64,000 nucleotides of DNA from an uncultured bacterium (GTDB lineage: Bacteria; Verrucomicrobiota; Verrucomicrobiia; Verrucomicrobiales; V1-33). The stretch lies in NCBI GenBank assembly GCA_903954065.1, contig CAJBME010000367.1, positions 1,302 to 65,301 of the forward strand. The letters run 5' to 3'. Both the position numbers and the translations under genes were made by a program. Every line of letters starts with the position of its first letter. Positions within the stretch are counted from its first letter, which is position 1. Below the pieces are notes generated by a model that worked only from the letters and a program-made list of their open reading frames with translations, did not search any database and was not told where the DNA came from. Below are positions 25,569 to 33,623 of this stretch, piece by piece.

Positions 25569-26141
25569 ATGGAGTACATTACCACTGCCAACGTTCTTGT
25601 CTGGTTTCTGATGGCGTTGGGCGTATTTTTGATGTTTGTGAGTTACTGGTTGGCGGCGGCGGCGTTGGTGCCGGCTCATGTGGCGCGGTGTGCGGAGAAA
25701 TTTGGGCGACCGGTGGTGACGACGGGGCTTGGGTTATTGGTGGTGGCGATTCCGATTGGGCTGGGTGTGGTTGTCTTGAATGCGGCGCCCGCGGCGTTGA
25801 AGTGGACGGGGGTATTTTTGATTGGGGTGCCACTTTTTGGTGGGCTGGTGGGCAGTGCGGGGTTGGCGTACCGGATTGGGCTGGGGTTGCCGGTGCCGGG
25901 GGACGATGAGCGGCCGTGGCGGGCGGTGGGGCGTGGTGGTGTGGTTTTGGCGTTGACGTTTTTGTTGCCGGTGTTGGGGCAATTGCTGGTGATTCCGTTG
26001 GTTTTGGCGGCGGGGGCGGGAGCGGGTTTTTGGGCGTGGCTGAGCGCGCGTCGGCGGAAGCCAGCGGAGGTTCTGCCGGAGGCGGCCGTTGTGGTGGCGG
26101 CCCCGGCGGAGGTTGTTTCGGCGGGGGTTTCTGAATCTTAA
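25569..26141 (+). CDS. hypothetical polytopic membrane protein
   Basis: 190 aa with four to five hydrophobic segments (VLVWFLMALGVFLMFVSYWLAAAAL; GLGLLVVAIPIGLGVVVL; VFLIGVPLFGGLVGSAGLA; VVLALTFLLPVLGQLLVIPLVLAAGAGAGFW). No family recognised. Confidence 0.55.
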   Translation: MEYITTANVLVWFLMALGVFLMFVSYWLAAAALVPAHVARCAEKFGRPVVTTGLGLLVVAIPIGLGVVVLNAAPAALKWTGVFLIGVPLFGGLVGSAGLAYRIGLGLPVPGDDERPWRAVGRGGVVLALTFLLPVLGQLLVIPLVLAAGAGAGFWAWLSARRRKPAEVLPEAAVVVAAPAEVVSAGVSES

Positions 26142-26156
26142 GTTATTGAGAATTAT

Positions 26157-27659
26157 TTGAGTATGGATGGCACCTCTACATTCTCTTCATCGACGCGCCG
26201 GCATTTCCTCCATGGGGCGGCGGCGGGTGGTGTAGTGGTGGGGGTGGGAGGATTTTCGGCGGTTTCGCAGTGGTTTTTTCGGGGTCGAGAGGATGGAGGA
26301 GCGGGAGGGTTGGGGGTTTTTCAGCCGTCGCAGGCGGCGGAGGTGGATGAGGCGGCGCATGTGATTAACCGGCTGACCTTTGGGCCGGCCCCGGGTCAGC
26401 ATGCGATGGTGACGGCGATGGGGGCGCGGAATTTTGTCGAGGAGCAATTGGCTCCGGCGTTGATTGACGACGGGGCGGCTGAGCGGCGCAGTCGGCAATT
26501 TGAAGCCTTGGGGGCGTGGCCGGCCGGGGAATTATTGGAGCATGACCCGCGCGCGCTGCTGGATCAGTTGACGCGGGACAAGATTCATCGGGCGCATCAT
26601 TCCCGGCGCCAGCTTTTTGAGGTGATGGTCGATTTTTGGTCTGATCATTTTAATATTGATCCGTCGAAGGGGGACTCGAGGTGGTTGAAGCCGGTGGACG
26701 ATCGGCGGGTGATTCGCGCGCATGCCATGGGCAACTTTGCTGATTTGGTGCGGGCCTCGGCGTTGAGTCCGGCGATGCTTTGGTATCTGGACGGGCGCGA
26801 CAATCGGCTGGGGACGTCGCGGGAGCTACCCAACGAGAATTATGCCCGTGAATTGTTGGAGTTGCATACGCTGGGGGTGCATGGCGGTTACACGCAGCGC
26901 GATGTGATGGAGGTGGCGCGGTGTTTGAGTGGCTGGACGGTGCGGGCTCGCAGCGGGTCACGGATAGCGGTGGGGCGGGTTGAGTTTGAGGCGGCGCGGC
27001 ATGATGACGGATCGAAGGAGGTGTTGGGGACGGTGATCCCGGCGGGTTTGGGGCGCGGGGATTTGGACCGGGTGGTTGAGTTAGTGGCGCATCATCCGGC
27101 GACGGCGCGGCATGTGGCGTTCAAGTTGTGCCGTCGTTTTGTGGCGGACGACCCACCGGAGGCGGTGGTGGCGGCGGTGGCGCACGTTTTTTCTGAAAGC
27201 CGGGGTGACCTGCGGCGGACGTTGGCCGCGGTTTTCGGGCATGAGGCATTTTGGGCCTCTCGCGGTGGCAAGATCAAGCGGCCCTTTCATTTTGTGATTT
27301 CGGCCTTGCGGGCGACGGCGGCCCGCACGGATGCCGGGCGGGCGGTGCAGGATTATCTTTTGCGGATGGGGCATGCTCCTTTTCAGTATCCGGCGCCGGA
27401 CGGGTATCCTGAGGAGGCCCAGCCGTGGATGGCGACCTTGCTGTGGCGGTGGCGGTTTGCGGCGGAACTGGCGGCCAACGGCATCAAAGGCACGTCGCTT
27501 GATCCGGTGGGGTTGCGTGTGGCCGCTGGCGGTACGGAGGTGGCTTTGGCGGCGCATCTACTTGGCCGCCAACCGACTCCTGCGGAATTGGCGGCCGCGC
27601 AGAACTGCCCTTCACCCTTGGCCTTGCTACTGGCCAGCCCCGCTTTTCAAACGTGTTGA
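26157..27659 (+). CDS. DUF1800-family protein (Tat-type signal)
   Basis: RRHFLHGAAAGGVVVG Tat-like N-terminus. DUF1800 blocks FWSDHFNID...MLWYLDG..N.......PNENYARELLELHTLGVHGGYTQRDVMEVARCLSGWT. Typically paired with DUF1501. Confidence 0.85.
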   Translation: MSMDGTSTFSSSTRRHFLHGAAAGGVVVGVGGFSAVSQWFFRGREDGGAGGLGVFQPSQAAEVDEAAHVINRLTFGPAPGQHAMVTAMGARNFVEEQLAPALIDDGAAERRSRQFEALGAWPAGELLEHDPRALLDQLTRDKIHRAHHSRRQLFEVMVDFWSDHFNIDPSKGDSRWLKPVDDRRVIRAHAMGNFADLVRASALSPAMLWYLDGRDNRLGTSRELPNENYARELLELHTLGVHGGYTQRDVMEVARCLSGWTVRARSGSRIAVGRVEFEAARHDDGSKEVLGTVIPAGLGRGDLDRVVELVAHHPATARHVAFKLCRRFVADDPPEAVVAAVAHVFSESRGDLRRTLAAVFGHEAFWASRGGKIKRPFHFVISALRATAARTDAGRAVQDYLLRMGHAPFQYPAPDGYPEEAQPWMATLLWRWRFAAELAANGIKGTSLDPVGLRVAAGGTEVALAAHLLGRQPTPAELAAAQNCPSPLALLLASPAFQTC

Positions 27660-28807
27660 AACCAACGACTTCCTCTTCGGTGACTACCACCGCTCTTGTC
27701 TCTGCCGAGCGCGATCACGATCCGGCCTTGATTGTGGTTTTTTTGCGTGGCGGGGCGGATGGCCTTCATTTGGTGGTGCCGCATGGGGATGACGGTTATT
27801 ACCGGGCGCGGCCGTCGATCGGGCTGCGTCGGCGCGAGCTGGTGGATTTGGATGGTTTTTTTGGATTCAATGCGGGACTGGCTCCACTGCTGCCGTTGTG
27901 GAAGGAGGGGGTTTTGAGTATGGTGCACGGAGCGGGCAGCGAGGATGAAACGAGGTCGCATTTTGAGGCGCAGGATTTTATGGAGCATGGCGGGCTGGCG
28001 GCGGGCGGGTGGCTGGGCCGGTTTTTGCGGGTCCGTCCGGATATCGGTCATTCGCCGCTGACGGCGGTGGCGATTGGATCACAGCTACCGGAATGCCTGC
28101 GGGGAGCGCCGTCGTGTGCGGCTATGGAATCGATTTCCGACTTTGGACTGGGCCAGCATGTTCCGGAGAATTTTGCGGCGCAGTTGGCTTCGTTGTATGC
28201 GGAGGCGCCTGGGGCGCTGGGGCCAGCGGGGGCGAATGCGCTGGCGGCGCTGGGGCGGATAGAGTCGCTGCATGATGATGCGTACTCTCCGGAGCACGGG
28301 GCGGAGTATGGTGATGACGCCTTCAGTGGCGGGATGCGGCAGATCGCTCAGTTGGTCAAGGCGAAGGTCGGGCTGCAGGCAGCGGCGATCAGTCTGGGCG
28401 GGTGGGATTCGCATGTGACGCAGGCGGCGATCATGGACGGACCGATAAAACGGCTGGGGGTCGGGCTGGCGGCCTTGGTGCGTGATCTGGGGCCGGCTCG
28501 GCTGGCGCGGACGGCGGTGGTGGTCATGACGGAGTTTGGCCGGCGGGTAGGGGAGAATAGCGCCGGGGGAACGGACCATGGTTTAGGTGGGACCCTATTT
28601 TTCCTCGGTGGCGGGGTGACGGGCGGGCGCCTGCACGGCGAGTGGGAAGGGCTGGGATCGGAACTTTTGCAGGGCCCGGGCGATCTGCCGGTGCGTTATA
28701 ATTATCGCGATCTGCTGGCGCCGGTTTTGCGGCGGCAGGCCCCCGGGGTGGCGATGGATCAGGTATTTCCAGGGTATGTTTTCCGGCCGCTGGCTTCCCT
28801 TGGCTGA
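27653..28807 (+). CDS. DUF1501-family protein
   Basis: LIVVFLRGGADGLHLVVP...GGWDSH...VVVMTEFGRRVGENSAGGTDHGLGG. The GTG start at 27653 overlaps the DUF1800 stop (27657-27659) by 7 nt. Confidence 0.85.
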   Translation: MLKPTTSSSVTTTALVSAERDHDPALIVVFLRGGADGLHLVVPHGDDGYYRARPSIGLRRRELVDLDGFFGFNAGLAPLLPLWKEGVLSMVHGAGSEDETRSHFEAQDFMEHGGLAAGGWLGRFLRVRPDIGHSPLTAVAIGSQLPECLRGAPSCAAMESISDFGLGQHVPENFAAQLASLYAEAPGALGPAGANALAALGRIESLHDDAYSPEHGAEYGDDAFSGGMRQIAQLVKAKVGLQAAAISLGGWDSHVTQAAIMDGPIKRLGVGLAALVRDLGPARLARTAVVVMTEFGRRVGENSAGGTDHGLGGTLFFLGGGVTGGRLHGEWEGLGSELLQGPGDLPVRYNYRDLLAPVLRRQAPGVAMDQVFPGYVFRPLASLG

Positions 28808-28868
28808 CGCGGAGGCTCGAGTTGATGGCGGGATGACGTGGCGGCGGTGACGCTGATGAGGAGATGCA

Positions 28869-28892
28869 GGCGTGGGCGTGGGCGTGGGCGTG
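28869..28892. repeat. (GGCGTG)x4 hexanucleotide tandem repeat in a G-run-rich spacer
   Basis: Read directly: caGGCGTGGGCGTGGGCGTGGGCGTGgag, followed by further GGG runs (gcggaGGGcgtGGGaGGGcc) up to about 28920. It lies between convergent genes. Confidence 0.9.
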
Positions 28893-28943
28893 GAGATGCG
28901 AGCGGAGGGCGTGGGAGGGCCCTAGACCCGGCTGGCCTTGGGA

Positions 28944-29876
28944 TCAGCCGATCAGAGCGCGGGCCCAAGCGCCGAGGGCGATGCTACGGACGCGGCGGCG
29001 CGGCACTTTGACGGGAACGGTCATGCCGGCGGGGCCGGCGGCGACGATGAGGGTGAGAGTTTCTTCGGCGAGCCGGAGGGGGAGCCATTTGACGAAGCGG
29101 CTGCGCACGCCGCGGACGCCTTTGGTGTAGGCGCGGCCTTCGGCGAGGTGATCGCGGCATCGGGCGATCCAGGGCTGGGCTGCGGCCCATTTTTCATCGG
29201 CGGAGGCGGTGGCGTCGACGCCTGGCAAGTAGCTACGGCCGATGGCGGCGTCTTTGGAGACATCGCGGAGGACGTTGATGAGTTGGAGGCCTTTGCCGAA
29301 GCGGATGCCGCGTTCGATTAATTCATCGAGCGGGGCTTTGGCGAACGCGGGCATTTTGAGAGCGCTGAGCCGGGTCCAGAACTCGCCGACGCAGCCGGCG
29401 ACTTGGTAGGTGTAGAGGTCCAGTTCCTCGGCGGTGGTGATGCGGGTGCGGGTCACGTCGTCGCGCTGGCCGCTGATGATGGTTTCGAGGGCTTGGCGGA
29501 TCAGGGCGCGCTCAACTTCTGGCACGGCCCAGTACCAAGCCAGGATTTCGCCAAGTCGGTGCATGAGGGTGGCTTCACCGGGGGAAAGCCCGTGTTCAGC
29601 ATCCTCGACGACAGCCAGACCGCAGTCGATCATGCGCAAGCCCGCGCCCTCGCCGGTGAGGGCGGCTCGGGTCGCTTCGAGGGCGGCCAAACGGTCGACG
29701 ACCTCGAGGCGGCCGCTGTCGGCGAAGGTGTCGGCGGCGCGGGCCAGCAGATAGGCAAGCGACAGCGGTCCGCGTACCGGGGGGGGTAGAGCGCGAAGGC
29801 TGAGGTAAAATGATCGTGAGACGTCGCGCAGCAGGCCGCGCGCGTGTTGCTCCATCCATGGCAGGTCGACCGGCAC
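28944..29876 (-). CDS. squalene/phytoene synthase-family protein (HpnC/HpnD-like)
   Basis: SRSFYLSLRALPPPVRGPLSLAYLLARAADTFADS...YTYQVAGCVGEFWTRL...GLQLINVLRDVSKDAAIGRSYLP carries both Asp-rich-region contexts of trans-isoprenyl diphosphate synthase head-to-head enzymes. Confidence 0.8.
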   Translation of the reverse strand: MPVDLPWMEQHARGLLRDVSRSFYLSLRALPPPVRGPLSLAYLLARAADTFADSGRLEVVDRLAALEATRAALTGEGAGLRMIDCGLAVVEDAEHGLSPGEATLMHRLGEILAWYWAVPEVERALIRQALETIISGQRDDVTRTRITTAEELDLYTYQVAGCVGEFWTRLSALKMPAFAKAPLDELIERGIRFGKGLQLINVLRDVSKDAAIGRSYLPGVDATASADEKWAAAQPWIARCRDHLAEGRAYTKGVRGVRSRFVKWLPLRLAEETLTLIVAAGPAGMTVPVKVPRRRVRSIALGAWARALIG

Positions 29877-29993
29877 GGGCTCAGTGTGCTCGGATTAGGC
29901 GCAGGCCCAATGGCAAATTCAGGGGGAGGCGAGGATTCCTGCTTGGGCGGTTCCGGCGGTGGGCGGCGGTGATAACAGCATCATTCTTTTTAT

Positions 29994-31145
29994 TTGGCTG
30001 TATGGTGGGGCCTGCGGCGGCGGGTGCGGTCGTATTTTTATTCAGTGCATCTTTACCTTCATATTCCTTTCTGTCATCGCATCTGCCCTTATTGCAGCTT
30101 TCACAAGCACACGCCGGGGGGGCATGATTTGCGGGCATTTTTCCGGGCGGTAGCGGCCGAGGCACGCCGGGCGGTTGACGTCCATGGTTGCGGCTCACCG
30201 CGGACGATTTATTTTGGTGGCGGGACGCCGACGCTGCCCAGCCGCGCGGTGCTGGCGGAATTTCTTGATGAATTCCGGGGGATTTTCGATTTTTCTCAGG
30301 TGGAGGAATGGACGGTGGAGGCGAATCCACGGACCTTTGATGCGGAGAAGATTGCGTTGTTGCGGGACCATGGCATGACGCGAGTCAGTCTGGGAGTGCA
30401 GGCGTGGGACGAGGCCACGCTGGCCACCTTGGGCCGTGATCATTCGCCGGACGAGGCGCGGGCGGCTTACCAGATTCTGCGCGAGGTGGGCGTCTCCTCG
30501 GTCAATGTGGATTTGATGTTTTCCATTCCGGGCCAGCGATTGGCGACGTGGGAGGCGACGGTGGACGAAATGATCGCGCTGAAGCCGGATCATATATCTG
30601 CTTACAATCTTAATTATGAAGAAGATACGGAGTTTTTTGATCGTTTGACGCGCGGTGAATTTCGGACGGACGACGAGAATGACGCGTCGTTTTTTCTGTT
30701 GGCGGACGAGCGGCTGACGGCGGCGGGATTTGATCACTATGAAGTTTCCAACTATGCGAAGCCGGGGCATCATTCGCGGCATAACCGGTCGTATTGGGAA
30801 GGTGCTGATTATGTAGGGCTTGGGCCTGGGGCATTTTCCACGGTGGCGGGGCGTCGTTGGAAGAATGTGGCTGACACTGGGGCGTACACGGTTTTGGCGG
30901 CGGCGGGGCAGTTATTGGAGCGGGAAGTCGAGCATTTGACGGCGGATGATTTGCGTCGTGAGCGGATTGCGTTGTTGGTGCGCACGGCGGAGGGGGTGCC
31001 GTTGGAGGTGGTGGGGGAGGCTGGGATGGAGGCGGTGGGCAAGCTGGTCGAGGCGGGGTTGGCGCATCCGCCGGCGGGCGGTCGGTTGGCGTTGACGGCG
31101 CAAGGGCGGCTGGTGGCAGACAGTGTGGCGGTGGAGTTGTGGTGA
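29994..31145 (+). CDS. hemW: HemN-like radical SAM protein (HemW-type haem chaperone / coproporphyrinogen dehydrogenase-like)
   Basis: LYLHIPFCHRICPYCSF (CxxxCxxC), GGGTP, RVSLGVQAW, HISAYNL, and the C-terminal HemN_C-like part. The GTG at 30045 immediately before HLYLHIPFC is an alternative start. Confidence 0.85.
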   Translation: MAVWWGLRRRVRSYFYSVHLYLHIPFCHRICPYCSFHKHTPGGHDLRAFFRAVAAEARRAVDVHGCGSPRTIYFGGGTPTLPSRAVLAEFLDEFRGIFDFSQVEEWTVEANPRTFDAEKIALLRDHGMTRVSLGVQAWDEATLATLGRDHSPDEARAAYQILREVGVSSVNVDLMFSIPGQRLATWEATVDEMIALKPDHISAYNLNYEEDTEFFDRLTRGEFRTDDENDASFFLLADERLTAAGFDHYEVSNYAKPGHHSRHNRSYWEGADYVGLGPGAFSTVAGRRWKNVADTGAYTVLAAAGQLLEREVEHLTADDLRRERIALLVRTAEGVPLEVVGEAGMEAVGKLVEAGLAHPPAGGRLALTAQGRLVADSVAVELW

Positions 31146-31197
31146 GGCCGGGTGTGTTGGTGCTGGCGGGATGGCGGCTCCGGGGTAGGGATGGGAG

Positions 31198-33495
31198 GTG
31201 GCGTGGGCGGCGGCATTGGTGATTCGACCGGTCTGCGGCTTTCTTTTTTTATTTCCCGCCTTTATTCCCGTTTTTTTCACCTGTTATTTCCTCTTTCTGA
31301 TGCAGCCGTTTCTTTTCGCCATTTTTCTGTGTGGGTATGTACTTTTGGCGACGTTGGGGGCGTGGACGCGGCTGGCGTTTCAGTGGCCGGCGTATGTGGT
31401 GTTGGCGGTTGGGGGGATTTTGGCCTTGGGGCGGATTCGGAAGGGGTCTCGATTTGTTCCGGGCAATTTTTGTTTACTGACGGCGTTATTATTTGCGGGT
31501 TATTGTGGGTTGCGGGCGTGGTTTTCGCCGGTCGAGTATTTAGCGCGGCAGGATTTGTTACCTTTGGCGGCGTGTCTTGTTGGCTACACGGTTTTTGCGT
31601 TACATGTGGAGCATCCGAAGTATCGCCGGTGGTTTGCGGTGACGTTGACGGTGTTGATTTTGCTTAATTTTGGGATTGGGGTGTATCAGGCGCAGTACGA
31701 TCGGACGTGGTCACCGTATCATTGGTTGGGTTATGCGCGGACGGCGGGGCCGGCCAATGCTGGTGGATTTTTTCACAGTGAGAATCATTTGGCGGGTTTT
31801 CTGGAGGGGAGCGCGTTTTTTCTGGCGGCCTTTGCCCTTTTTGCGCGCATTCATTTGGTGTGGCGGATGGCGGCCTTGTTTAGTTTGATGTTGGCGATGG
31901 TGGTGTTGGTGTTGACCTATTCGCGAGCGGGGCTGGCTAGTTTTGGGGTGGGCATGGGGGCATTTGGCGTCTTGAGCCTCTGGCTTTTCGGCAAGTTTTT
32001 GGGACCACAATTTTGGAAATATCTGGCGGCCTTTGGGGCCTTATTTGCGGTACTCGGGGCATTTTTGGTTTTCCTGTGTTATGATTTTCTGCAGGAGTCT
32101 TACGGCGGGGCGGGCGGGCTATTGAGTGACAGCCAGTTCCGGCTGGCGTACACTCAGATGGCGGTTGAGCAATGGCAGACGTCGCCGTGGTGGGGAACGG
32201 GGGCCCGCACGTTTGAACTGTTTGCGCGCGAGTTCACGACCAAACCAGAAGATTGGAATGGGGCGCAGGCGGTGGACCCGGACATTGCTCACAATGATTA
32301 TGCGCAGCTGCTGGGCGATTACGGGGCGGTGGGCTTGGGGCTTGGGTTGCTGTTGCTGGCGGCGCATTTGGGTCATGGGCTGCGTTTTCTGGCTTGGTAT
32401 CGCAATGTTCGTTTTGAGCGCACGGGGGATCTTTTCAGCAACAGTTTGGCGTTGGGGCTGGGCGCGGTGGCGGCGACGTGTGCGTATGTGGCGCATACGG
32501 CGATTGATTTTAACCTGCATATTCCGGCCAACGCCTTGCTGGTGGCGGCCTTGTTTGGGTTGCTGGCCAACCCTGGATTTGAGACGCAAGCGCGGCGATA
32601 CGTGCGGCTGCCTGGCATTAAGCCAGCTCTGACTTTGATGACGGCGGTGGGGGCGGTCTGGACGCTCTGGCTCGGCTGGCGGGCCGCTCCGGCGGAGGTG
32701 GCCTACCAACAGGGGTTGGTCCGCAGCTCGGTCCGCGATTACTTGGGCGCGCTGACACCGCATCGTCGAGCGGCGGAGCTGGATCCGGCGCATCAGCCGA
32801 ATCTCGTCGGTTTCGGTCGTGCGTACGTCGGGCTGGCCGGAGAGGAAGAAATTCCCGCGCTGTCGGTGGCCTGGCGGGAGAAAGCGATCGAACAATTTCG
32901 CGCGGCATTGCTCTTGAGTCCGCGTGATGCGTGGGTCCATATCAATCTGGCCGAGCAATTGAGCCAATCCGGGCGGGAGCGGGCGGCGGAGGCGGAGGAG
33001 TATTATCTGGAGGCTATTCGTCGGGCGCCGGCGCTGGCCGTCTTCCGCGGCCGGTATGGATTCCATCTTTTCCGCCATGGGCAGATTGAGAAGGCGGCTT
33101 CGGTTTGGGACGACACGTTCACGCGCCAGTGGTATGACGCTGATGCTTTGGTGGCGCGTAGCCTGCTCAACAAAATTCGTGAATCGGAAAAAATGCCGGA
33201 GGCCGCGGAGACGGCCGCGGGCGCCGGTGCTGATGCTGACGGGACGTCCGCTCCGGCGGTTGTCCAGCCGCTTCCGGCGTTGGAAGACCCGGTGCCGACC
33301 CCAGTTCCGGAGAGCGAGGAGAAAACGGCGCCGGAAATCCCTTCGCGCCGGGCGGCGGCGCCGCGCGGGACAGGCTCGAAAGCGGGTAACCCTGCGGCGG
33401 GGAGTGACAAGCCGGTGGTGCCCGCGGAGGTGCCTCCGGCGGCACCGGCCGGGTCGCCGCGCGGGTTGTTGTCACTTCCGGACCCCAAAGAGTGA
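31198..33495 (+). CDS. O-antigen ligase (Wzy_C)-family polytopic membrane protein with C-terminal TPR region
   Basis: Ten or more TM segments. Wzy_C-like YSRAGLASFGVGM...TGARTFELF...HNDYAQLLGDYGAVGL. TPR-like C-terminus and Pro/Ala-rich tail. The ATG at 31300 (MQPFLFAIF) is an alternative start. Confidence 0.7.
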   Translation: MAWAAALVIRPVCGFLFLFPAFIPVFFTCYFLFLMQPFLFAIFLCGYVLLATLGAWTRLAFQWPAYVVLAVGGILALGRIRKGSRFVPGNFCLLTALLFAGYCGLRAWFSPVEYLARQDLLPLAACLVGYTVFALHVEHPKYRRWFAVTLTVLILLNFGIGVYQAQYDRTWSPYHWLGYARTAGPANAGGFFHSENHLAGFLEGSAFFLAAFALFARIHLVWRMAALFSLMLAMVVLVLTYSRAGLASFGVGMGAFGVLSLWLFGKFLGPQFWKYLAAFGALFAVLGAFLVFLCYDFLQESYGGAGGLLSDSQFRLAYTQMAVEQWQTSPWWGTGARTFELFAREFTTKPEDWNGAQAVDPDIAHNDYAQLLGDYGAVGLGLGLLLLAAHLGHGLRFLAWYRNVRFERTGDLFSNSLALGLGAVAATCAYVAHTAIDFNLHIPANALLVAALFGLLANPGFETQARRYVRLPGIKPALTLMTAVGAVWTLWLGWRAAPAEVAYQQGLVRSSVRDYLGALTPHRRAAELDPAHQPNLVGFGRAYVGLAGEEEIPALSVAWREKAIEQFRAALLLSPRDAWVHINLAEQLSQSGRERAAEAEEYYLEAIRRAPALAVFRGRYGFHLFRHGQIEKAASVWDDTFTRQWYDADALVARSLLNKIRESEKMPEAAETAAGAGADADGTSAPAVVQPLPALEDPVPTPVPESEEKTAPEIPSRRAAAPRGTGSKAGNPAAGSDKPVVPAEVPPAAPAGSPRGLLSLPDPKE

Positions 33496-33623
33496 GGCGG
33501 GTGAGGGCTGGTGGGGCGGCGCTTGCGTTCGGGGAGCGCTGGCGCTGGGGGGAGTGAAGGTGGGGCTGCGGCTAGATGTGTTCCGGCGGTGGACGGCGGC
33601 GGCGGGTGCGCTAGCATGGGCTA

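Noticed and set aside
28869-28892. Possible CRISPR array (GGCGTG repeats; also the 17-nt tandem at 45416-45449)
   Set aside because: The repeat units are contiguous with no spacers, are far shorter than CRISPR repeats, and there are no cas genes in the window.
32119-33078. 319-aa minus-strand ORF inside the O-antigen-ligase/TPR gene
   Set aside because: It has extreme Arg/Pro/Gln composition and no start context. The plus-strand frame carries the Wzy_C and TPR signatures.
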